Source: Eledone cirrhosa (lineage: Eukaryota). From it: 64,000 bases of DNA. A program made the position numbers and the translations under genes. Below the pieces are notes generated by a model. The model ran no database searches. It was given only the letters and a program-made list of their open reading frames with translations, and was not told the DNA's origin. This document shows, in pieces, positions 54,457 through 64,000 of this stretch (positions are counted from its first letter, which is position 1; each line of letters opens with the position of its first letter). The stretch covers positions 110,980,001-111,044,000 of the forward strand of contig OZ024742.1 in assembly GCA_964016885.1 (NCBI GenBank), read 5' to 3'.

Positions 54457-56265
54457 TATTGTTATAGTTGGGGAGGGTCATATTTGTGTAATATTGCCAG
54501 AATTAATAACAGAAAACACTCACTGTTTGGTTGGTTTTCGCTTTTCGCTTCTGTGTCTTTTATATCGGTAACCTAATTTACTCGGTCCTCAATGTTGCCA
54601 TTGACTGACCGACGGTCAAAAATAATACAGATACAATATGGACACAAACACATATATATAGTTTATCATAAATCTTTCGTTGCACATCTGCAACATCTTC
54701 ACTGGTGCTATTATTTCCTCCCGTTGTATTGTATGTCTACACCATTTTTATTCAGTCTGTCTATATATTTATTTATTTATTTGCTTGTTTGTTTATTTTA
54801 TTTCGTCTTCTTTGCGCATGCGTTTATAGTGTTTATAGTGTTTTGTTTGATGTGTGATGTGTGTTCATGATTGGGTGACTAGTGTGTGTTTATATGCTTG
54901 TGTATGTATTTATTTATTTATTTATTTATTTTATTTAATTTACTTATTTATACTTCTCTTAGGTCAGTGTTGTTTGTTTGGGTGTTGTTGTTATTCCATT
55001 CATTCTTTCTGTTTAGTCTTGGCCTTCTAAGTTCTATTTCACTGGCCTCTCTGATTTGCCTATCTGCTGGGTCATTTCTATGTTTAGATATTATTCAAAT
55101 TTCTATGTTGTCTATGTTACCGTCATGTTGTTGTCTGGCATGTTCGTATAGTACTGACCCGTTTTTTCGTCCTTTTAGTTCCCCCCCAGTGTTGGTCTAT
55201 CCTTTCACCTATGCTACGGGCTGTCTCACCTATGTATGTTGTTGTCATGTTTCTGCAAGTAGCCTCTGTACATCTTATGCTATAGACTACGTTTCTAGTT
55301 TTACAGTTTATCCGGGGGTTTACCTTACATATGATACATTTCCTATTGGTACAGTGGGTTTTCTTAAAAGGGTAGGTTTTGCTGATCAGGTATTTTATGG
55401 TGGTTCCTGGCTTTTCTACCACCTTAATTTTTAAGTGGGTCTTTCTCAGGGCCTTTCTACACTGGTTAGCTAATTTCCCTCCAGGGGTAGCGTCCACAAA
55501 CATGACACTCTGGTATCTCTGGTTGTCGTACCATGAGGTGGCTTTCCCTATCTTATGTCTAGCCCTATCTAAGCTATTCCATGATTTTCTCCTGTATAAT
55601 GGGCAAATTCCTTTCATGTCCAGTTCTATGAGGGTCTTATACTTCTCCATGGCTCCTTCGTAAACTCTGACTCTGTCTCTTTGGTTGTAGCCAGAGAACT
55701 GCATGCGGTTGATGAAGTGTTGGATGTGTTTTTCCATTTCTGTTGGGTCGCACATGCGGGACACATTCTTCATCACTCGTACCAAATCTGCGATCAGAAT
55801 ATTAAACTTAGCAGTACTGGACATTGCTGAGTTTTTGAGTATCAGGTATTTGGAGGCCATGGGTTTAGCATAGTGTGAGTGGAGAATTTGGGCTCTCTCG
55901 TCTATAGTGTTAATCCAGAGTTCTGTGTCTAATACAGGTAGTCTATTGTTAGGGTGTTTGGAAGGGAAGTCGATAGTTACGGTTATACTCTGGTGTATGG
56001 AATTAGAGATCTACTGGATGCTTTCCATTGTGCTACGTTCTAAATCAAACTTGTTAGTGCTCTCTAGTGGGGATGTTCTTATAACTATATTGATATCCTC
56101 TATATAACGAGAGTACATGATGAGGTCTATGGAGCTCTCATTAAGGAGGTCTTTAAGTATCCTTTCCCACCATACCATGAAAAGGTTGGCAACATCACCG
56201 GCTATGCTGACGCCAATGGCTGCTCCCTCATTTTGGGTGTAGATCTTCTCGTTGAACTTAAATTA
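54457..56265 (-). mobile_element. Neptune-like PLE, 5'-truncated (RT C-half, thumb, GIY-YIG, pseudo-LTR)
   Basis: YTQNEGAAIGVSIAGDVANLFM, YSRYIEDIN, LPVLDTELW, MQFSGY, MFVDATPGGKLA, CTNRKCIICK and TYIGETARSIGERI. Hammerhead with mutated core (GTGAAGA t gttgca gatg tgcaac GAAA gatt TA) at 54665-54706. Confidence 0.92.
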
Positions 56266-57042
56266 ATAATAATAAAAGTGATGTTGATGGTGATGATTAC
56301 AAGAAAATGCTATTTTCATCATTTCTAAAAATAGCAAAACATTGATGCTTTGGATAGGGTCAATTAGTAGTCGTTAGACATGCTCAACCAACCGTGACGC
56401 CTATACCAATCATCTTTAGTAATCCAGTGAAACTACACACCGATTGGTCGAAATACAGTTTGCAAGATTTAGCATTCTGGAGCCACTTTTCACTGTATAT
56501 AAGGCACAACATTTACCCATCTCATTACAGTTGAAAATTGCAAACTTGACTGTCACCACACATTATGAACCTGAAGATTGCGAAAGCATGAAAGTACTTG
56601 TTCAATTAACACTTAACATTTTAATATTCTACCATACTATTTCATTCTAATACCATTATACATTTTAAAGGATTGTAAATAAAACGAGTAAATCAGACAA
56701 AGTTGGAATTCCATTTATTAATATATATATATATATATGTGTGTATGTATGTATGTGAATTTCGTATATCTAAAGATACACGGGATATTTAATAAATACA
56801 CATTTTGAAAGCCAGAGCTATTAATAGAAATCTGGTGGTCAGCGCCGCCGAACGGAGCGGAAGCAAGGGGGAAATTTTCTATTAATTACGAACTTAAAGG
56901 GTTTTAATGAGGACATGCTTCCCTCTGCCTACTGCTGGACCTAGAAACAGGGGAAAAGATATAGCTTTTTCGTCTGTGTAAATGGGCTGCTTAGCCTCAT
57001 TCGCAGACGAAGCTGTATAAGTTGGCACAACTTCAAATAGAA

Positions 57043-57320
57043 TTCTTCTTCTTCTTCTTCTTCTTCTTCTTCTTCTTCTTCTTCTTCTTCTTCTTCTTCT
57101 TCTTCTTCTTCTTCTTCTTTGCTCATTTATTCCTGGAACGATTTCCAGTAGGGACTATCAGCAACAGCCGTCTCTAATTGATCTAGCTGGATCCCTATTG
57201 ATGATGTCTAATCATCTTGCCCACGGTCTAAATCTAGGTCTCCTACCGGCTGGTTTGGGACGTAACATCTGTCCAGCGATTCCTTTCCTGAGACATGCTA
57301 ACTACATTCCCGTAATATCG
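57043..57320 (-). mobile_element. RTE-X-like LINE 3' end with (GAA)n tail
   Basis: PAGRRPRFRPWAR*LD-like remnant followed by a ~25-copy GAA tail. Confidence 0.6.
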
Positions 57321-58019
57321 GAGATATATCAGGAGTTATATATATATAGTTAGCACCCCAAACACATAATTGGGATTATACTCAGGTATATCCTAATGTT
57401 TGTTGAGTAAGATGGAGTTGGTCAGATTATGGCTTAAATCTTTCTCTGTTAATGTATGAAATATTATTTCTAGCCACTCATGTTTGCCAACTTCTTGCTT
57501 CCTCTCGTTCTCCACCTGTCAATCAAAATTTCTTCATGTATCAGAATTGCTACTGTGGTGGGAAAGGGGCTGTGATCTTGAACGGCTGGCATTACTTCGA
57601 CGTCTTCATTGCCCCTAGGCGCCTTAGTCTACCTCGGCCAATTACATACTCGCAATTATGCTACACGCGGCATTCATCATAAATAATGTTTTGCGGGAGT
57701 TAAAAAAACAACAACCAATCCTGGGGATATTTAGCGTAACATTAGTAGGACACAGCCTTAGGATACACTCCGCCATACATATTTCAAAAAGAAAAGGAAA
57801 AAGAAAAAATCCGTGAATGATATGCTTTCGATTGTATTTTTTTCCACACCGAGATATAGCATAAGATCATACAACCGACGGTTGTGACTATAGTGATTAT
57901 CTGAATTAGATGAACTAAACGGTTATTGCTTTAGAATCATGGTTGTCTATTCAATATAGAGATATGTGTATGTGGTTCACTGGTAAAAGTGTATTTTTTT
58001 AATATTACATTTTGTATTT

Positions 58020-58332
58020 AGAAGCTCCATGAGATGGACTCCATAACAACACATCACCTGCTATTTCTTCCTTGCTGCGCCAACAGTGGCCAGCAAATCT
58101 GCGTCTCTGTCCACGTATTGACCTGCTGATAGGTGGTATATTGCCATAGAGATCCTTATTTGTTGGGTGTTCCCTCCAAGACACGCTGGTCGTCCAAGAG
58201 GACATACGTCAAGCAACTTGAGGACGATACTGGATGCACTGCGGAAGAACTGGCAAACGCTATGAGAGACAGAGATGGATGGAGGAAACGTGTCGTAGAA
58301 AGCCGAGCAAGCTCGACCTGATGATGATGATT
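58020..58332. mobile_element. RTE-type LINE 3' end with 5' inversion
   Basis: 58020-58185 (-) encodes VSWREHPTNKDLYG..RRRFAGHCWR..VLLW. 58186-58332 (+) encodes TYVKQLEDDTG..AMRDRDGWRKRV and ends in a (TGA)n tail. Confidence 0.8.
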
Positions 58333-58550
58333 TAGAAGCAGGTAGCTACATCACAGCAATTTTGAATTTGACTTTGACTTTGCCATGTATATTAAATACG
58401 TATTACACTATAATACGAAGATGGTGAATGTGGAAGATCCTTAGTAATTTGTTCGTTTTAAGAGAGAAATATTTTCATCTACCAGAGTTGGAAATTTAAA
58501 AAACGAGGAAGAGACAAGTTGAATCATCTACATTTTAATTCTGTGAATAA

Positions 58551-58587
<37 letters not shown>

Positions 58588-59143
58588 CACAGGAACGCAC
58601 ACGCATATAAATACATTCATATACACACACATACATATAATCACACAAGCACATGCAGACACAGATACACACACAGCACAAGAGCACAAGCAAACCATCA
58701 TATATATATATATGCATATATGAATTTATATATATGCATTATGCGTGTGGGTATGAGTCTATGTGCATAAAATATAAAACGTATGTGCAGAATTGATATT
58801 TATAATATTTTATATGATATAAACTCTCTTTCTCGATAATCACCATTTCTAGTGTGTGTATTCTTCTCTATGGCTGTTTGTATATTGGGTTTACATACGA
58901 AAAACAGTGTGTAGGTGTCAGTTTGTTTCCATATCTCCGTGAGTTGTGCGCATGTGTATATTTTGTCATATGATTGTGTTTGCTTCTGCTGTGTACATAA
59001 ACGCATTGCCTGGAAACACAACCGTAAAACATATTTAATTGCTAATAGCTTACTGGCACATTGGCCCCGCAGCTCTAACAACAGAATTATGCAGACACAT
59101 ATACATGTATGTATGTATGTATGTATGTATGTATGTATGTATG

Positions 59144-59174
<31 letters not shown>

Positions 59175-59231
59175 TGTATGTATGTGTGAACACACTCACA
59201 TATATATATATATAAATATATGATATATATG

Positions 59232-59328
<97 letters not shown>

Positions 59329-59470
59329 GGGAGAGAGGGAGAGAGCGAAAGGGAGAGATAGAGATGTAGATAGGTTGGCAGAAAGATAGATGCATAATAT
59401 AAACAAATAGCTACAAATATATATATATATATACATATAAATAAATATATATATATATATATATATTCAT

Positions 59471-59528
<58 letters not shown>

Positions 59529-59688
59529 GTCATTAAAAAATATATATATATATTGGAATAAATGCTCTGAAATAGCGATATATATGTGAATATAGACATA
59601 GAATATTCGAAAATATTCTGTATGTTTATAATAAACATTTTGAAGACCTAATCGCTATAGAATAGAATACGTCACGTATTACAATTAG

Positions 59689-59777
59689 ATTCTCGATAAA
59701 AGCAAGGGAAGTAATCTACGCGTTTCATTCTTGTTAGAAATCATCAGGACTACATATCCAGTGCTTTTATCGAGAAT
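59689..59777 (-). ncRNA. Type I hammerhead ribozyme (retrozyme family 1)
   Basis: Reverse complement of 60721-60809; tcatcag at 59741-59747. Confidence 0.9.
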
Positions 59778-59998
59778 GACACAGCTAGAGACTTATAGAA
59801 TACTTAGCTGTGTACAGGAACTGGTTTGAAAGAGCGGTTGCCGGTCCGGCAGAAATTAGAAATTGGAATAAATGCTCTGAAATAGCGATATATATGTGAA
59901 TATAGACATAGAATATTCGAAAATATTCTGTATGTTTATAATAAACATTTTGAAGACCTAATCGCTATAGAATAGAATACGTCACGTATTACAATTAG

Positions 59999-60087
59999 AT
60001 TCTCGATAAAAGCAAGGGAAGTAATCTACGCGTTTCATTCTTGTTAGAAATCATCAGGACTACATATCCAGTGCTTTTATCGAGAAT
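59999..60087 (-). ncRNA. Type I hammerhead ribozyme (retrozyme family 1)
   Basis: Identical copy at +310 bp. Confidence 0.9.
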
Positions 60088-60308
60088 GACACAGCTAGAG
60101 ACTTATAGAATACTTAGCTGTGTACAGGAACTGGTTTGAAAGAGCGGTTGCCGGTCCGGCAGAAATTAGAAATTGGAATAAATGCTCTGAAATAGCGATA
60201 TATATGTGAATATAGACATAGAATATTCGAAAATATTCTGTATGTTTATAATAAACATTTTGAAGACCTAATCGCTATAGAATAGAATACGTCACGTATT
60301 ACAATTAG

Positions 60309-60397
60309 ATTCTCGATAAAAGCAAGGGAAGTAATCTACGCGTTTCATTCTTGTTAGAAATCATCAGGACTACATATCCAGTGCTTTTATCGAGAAT
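60309..60397 (-). ncRNA. Type I hammerhead ribozyme (retrozyme family 1)
   Basis: Identical copy at +620 bp. Confidence 0.9.
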
Positions 60398-60720
60398 GAC
60401 ACAGCTAGAGACTTATAGAATACTTAGCTGTGTACAGGAACTGGTTTGAAAGAGCGGTTGCCGGTCCGGCAGAAATTAGAAATTGGAATTATCGAGAATC
60501 TAATTGTAATACGTGACGTATTCTATTCTATAGCGATTAGGTCTTCAAAATGTTTATTATAAACATACAGAATATTTTCGAATATTCTATGTCTATATTC
60601 ACATATATATCGCTATTTCAGAGCATTTATTCCAATTTCTAATTTCTGCCGGACCGGCAACCGCTCTTTCAAACCAGTTCCTGTACACAGCTAAGTATTC
60701 TATAAGTCTCTAGCTGTGTC

Positions 60721-60809
60721 ATTCTCGATAAAAGCACTGGATATGTAGTCCTGATGATTTCTAACAAGAATGAAACGCGTAGATTACTTCCCTTGCTTTT
60801 ATCGAGAAT
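60721..60809 (+). ncRNA. Type I hammerhead ribozyme (retrozyme family 1)
   Basis: attctcgataaaagca ctggatat gtagtc CTGATGA t ttct aaca agaa t GAAA cgcg TA^ gattac ttccct tgcttttatcgagaat. Predicted cleavage after 60781. Confidence 0.92.
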
Positions 60810-61030
60810 CTAATTGTAATACGTGACGTATTCTATTCTATAGCGATTAGGTCTTCAAAATGTTTATTATAAACATACAGAATATTTTCGAATATTCTAT
60901 GTCTATATTCACATATATATCGCTATTTCAGAGCATTTATTCCAATTTCTAATTTCTGCCGGACCGGCAACCGCTCTTTCAAACCAGTTCCTGTACACAG
61001 CTAAGTATTCTATAAGTCTCTAGCTGTGCC

Positions 61031-61119
61031 ATTCTCGATAAAAGCACTGGATATGTAGTCCTGATGATTTCTAACAAGAATGAAACGCGTAGATTACTTC
61101 CCTTGCTTTTATCGAGAAT
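61031..61119 (+). ncRNA. Type I hammerhead ribozyme (retrozyme family 1)
   Basis: Identical copy; predicted cleavage after 61091. Confidence 0.92.
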
Positions 61120-61610
61120 CTAATTGTAATACGTGACGTATTCTATTCTATAGCGATTAGGTCTTCAAAATGTTTATTATAAACATACAGAATATTTTCG
61201 AATATTCTATGTCTATATTCACATATATATATATATAAATATGTATATATGTAAATAAACATATATATATATATATATATAAATGTAGTAGTTCTATTTA
61301 AATTGTTGGGATACAACAAGCAAACTAGCCCACTATTCAACAAGCAAACAAGCTCACTATCCACGAGCTTCCAACAGAAATGGTCGTATTCTTTAAGCGT
61401 ATGTCAATATTTATTTATAAAACTGATCTATTTTATATTTTATCTGATGAAAGCACACCATAATTTAACTTCGTCTCCTTGAAATATGTATAATGAAATA
61501 AATATGGTTTTATAAATATAGTTTCCATTTGTTAATATATCGTATATATATATATGTATATATGTATATATATATATATATATGTGTGTATATATATGTG
61601 TGTGTGTGTG

Positions 61611-61656
<46 letters not shown>

Positions 61657-61658
61657 TG

Positions 61659-61744
<86 letters not shown>

Positions 61745-61808
61745 GGATTTTACACATTCATTCATATATTTGAACCCACCATACACACGTATATATATAT
61801 ATATATAT

Positions 61809-62474
61809 GTGAATGAAAATAGATTGAGAAACGGAACTGTCCATCATCAGTAGTCTGCTGATTATCATTGGTACTTCTCCGCATTAAAGACTAGATACCT
61901 AAAATCAATGCGAGCGATAACTAAAATAAGTTATCGGGACAGAGCGAATTGGAAGGGGAAAGGAAACAAACAACATGGTAGTAATGCAACGTAAAGACAG
62001 GAAAAGAGAGACAAGTCAATGAATCTTGTGGACTTAAGTCCGAACAAATCAATCGACGAGAAGAGGCAGACACGCCCGAGCCACTTGAAAAGTGAGAGAG
62101 AAAAGGATTTAATACAGGTCAGACTGGAGGAAATGAGAGAGTGGGAGTAGCAGAGGTTGAGTGAGTGAAAGTGTGAGGAAGAGGCCAGCCGAGAGTGTGT
62201 GACCAGCAGGGAGGGGGGGGGGGGGGTTGTAAGAAAGCAAGAGGTACAAGGAGAGAGAAGGGGGAGAGAGAAAGAGGATAGCAGTATGGTGATAGAAAAA
62301 ATACGAGCCACAGCGAGGGGAAAAAATATATGTGAATGAAAAAATGGCGTGTTGCGTTGTTGCGAATGTGATGCATATGAATGAAAATAGACCGAGAAAG
62401 GGACTGTCCATCATCAGTAGTCTGATGATTATCATTGGTATTTCTTCGCATTAAAGACTAGATACCTAAAATCA
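61809..62474. repeat. Non-coding element bounded by ~98-bp direct repeats
   Basis: 61809-61907 matches 62377-62474 (tgaatgaaaataga...ctagatacctaaaatca); starts at (TA)n. Confidence 0.7.
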
Positions 62475-62749
62475 GTGGTACAATATTCTTTATTACTTTC
62501 TGTATTTACATATACTAAATACATTAAAAAAATATATTGTGTAATATTTAAATACTTTTTAATATTTTTTTATTTTAAGGAAAATGGTATTAAGTTATAT
62601 GTCAATAGGAGCCTTATGAATAGATTTGAGCACTGCAAACCAAGGAGAAGACAGGTGACTGGTGGCATATATATATATATATATCTTCATTTTATTATAG
62701 AAAGGACTTCTACAGGACAAACCGTTTCATTCGTTTCAAGAAACCACCA

Positions 62750-63200
62750 GGAAAGTATATATATATATGCATATTTAAAGTGAAGATGGGCATTGTTTGG
62801 TGTTCCGAAATTGCATGCTACACCGTTCATCCAATTTTCATGAAACTTGACACACATATAAAACACGACCCGTAGATTGGAATAGGCTACTTGAAATTTT
62901 CTAAAAACCGTTAATCGGGCCCCTAGAAGCCAAAAATCGATATTTTCAAAAATCGTCCGATTTCGATGAAAATCGACGCAAGTGTGTATTTTGATCCGGG
63001 GATCGATAATTGGATCACCAGAGGCAAAACCGATATTTACGAAATGTGCCCGATTCCAAAGAAATTTGACGCAGGTATGTATTTTGATGCGGGGATTAAC
63101 GTGGGTTACTTGAAATTGTAAAAAAAAAAATCGATAATCGGACCCCCAGAGGCAAAAATCCGGCAACCGAAAAACGCCATTCTTCTTGCTTCCATTTGTC
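62750..63200 (+). mobile_element. Probable non-autonomous Helitron-like subterminal region
   Basis: ccaattttcatgaaacttgacacacat-type motif and internal ~90-bp repeats (62950-63110), typical of Helitron non-coding ends. Recognised by pattern only. Confidence 0.4.
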
Positions 63201-63439
63201 GCGACTCGTGCCATGCAAAAAATGTTCAATCTATCAGGATTATCCACCGTAAGTCTATTTAAATTAACGCTCACCATATTCAGCAAACCTTTTATGCCGA
63301 TTCTTCCATTTCTTATATAAGGACTATCAAAACTATACCGCCGCGCATCATCCTGTATTGCGCCCAGTCTTCTCAAGCGAACATCGAGCCTCCATGCGTT
63401 CCCTTCATTCCCGTAGTCCCACTACCGTAGCATAATGAG

Positions 63440-64000
63440 GCATCCGTCAACCCCTGCCCTCTCCCTTCCCTGCACGCCGTCGACCTACTGCATCGTTGTG
63501 CATCACCATGCGCATCTCTGCCTTGTCAGCCGCAATTCATTCCCCGACCCTTTCCATTGGCTGCCCTCCGTGGTCCCTAAGGACTGCCACGGCTCAACAT
63601 GCCGAATCCCTGCCCATTTCTATTGCCTACACTCCGGGAGAGCTCAAAACTTCCATGCCTGACCAAGCCGCATCCCTGCCACCGTCAACCCCTACCCTCT
63701 CCCTTCCCTGCACGCCGTCGTCCCACTGCATCGTCATGCCTCACCATGCTGCATGACTGCCCTGTCGGCCACCATCCCCTCCTCAACCCTTTCTTTTGCC
63801 TGCCTGCCGTGCTCCTTCAATACTGCCTTGCCTAACTAAGCCGCATCCCTGCCACCATCAAGTCCTTCCCTCCCCCTTCTCTGCACGCCGTCGTCCCACT
63901 TCATCGTCATCCCTCACCATGCCGCATCCACGCTCTGTCAGCCACCATGCCCTCCCCTTCCCTCTCCCTTACCCGCACGACTTGGTCCTTCACGAGTGCC
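63440..64000. repeat. C-rich imperfect tandem repeat running off the window
   Basis: ctgcacgccgtcg..c.act.catcgt...caccatgc recurs at ~63470, ~63708 and ~63881. Confidence 0.7.

Larger units (their letters stand above)
59552..61228. mobile_element. Candidate non-LTR retrozyme family 1: 310-bp tandem unit with type I hammerhead, inverted arms
   Basis: Three units 59552-60489 (ttggaat at 59553, 59863, 60173, 60483), then ~2.4 inverted units 60489-61228. Units are near-identical, with five hammerheads in total, no ORF and (TA)n flanks. Confidence 0.92.

Noticed and set aside
59552-61228. CRISPR array or plain satellite interpretation
   Set aside because: There are no unique spacers, the context is eukaryotic, and the conserved hammerhead and inversion explain the array better.
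62395-62445. SECIS-like hairpin on the - strand
   Set aside because: The helix is too short, there is no apical AA, and there is no linked ORF.
62687-63376. 229-aa ORF as a gene
   Set aside because: It overlaps internally repeated Helitron-like non-coding sequence and has no known motif.

Overview
AT-rich, microsatellite-dense animal genomic DNA. An octopod cephalopod is likely, inferred from the Deu/Nin-domain tRNA-SINEs and the (TA)n/(TATG)n load. I can support no host gene; most long ORFs in the track are microsatellite noise or transposon remnants. The window is a transposon graveyard. It holds many Penelope-like elements (PLEs; RT plus C-terminal GIY-YIG), mostly as head-to-head inverted insertions in (TA)n. 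It also holds a decayed Helitron, RTE LINEs with non-autonomous derivatives, an R4/Dong-type and a Tx1-type element nested in (TATG)n/(TATC)n, SINEs and a pogo-like MITE. The main finding is two unrelated non-coding tandem-repeat families, a 310-bp unit at 59552-61228 and a ~428-bp unit at 13023-14290. Each carries a complete type I hammerhead ribozyme per unit, so both are candidate non-LTR retrozymes (circRNA-forming). They share an unusual ribozyme architecture and show the same inverted, (TA)n-targeted integration signature as the neighbouring PLEs, several of which carry minimal or variant hammerheads. One PLE (1588-5412) is an exact unit-length circular permutation. All folds were derived by eye; no ribozyme activity is demonstrated.
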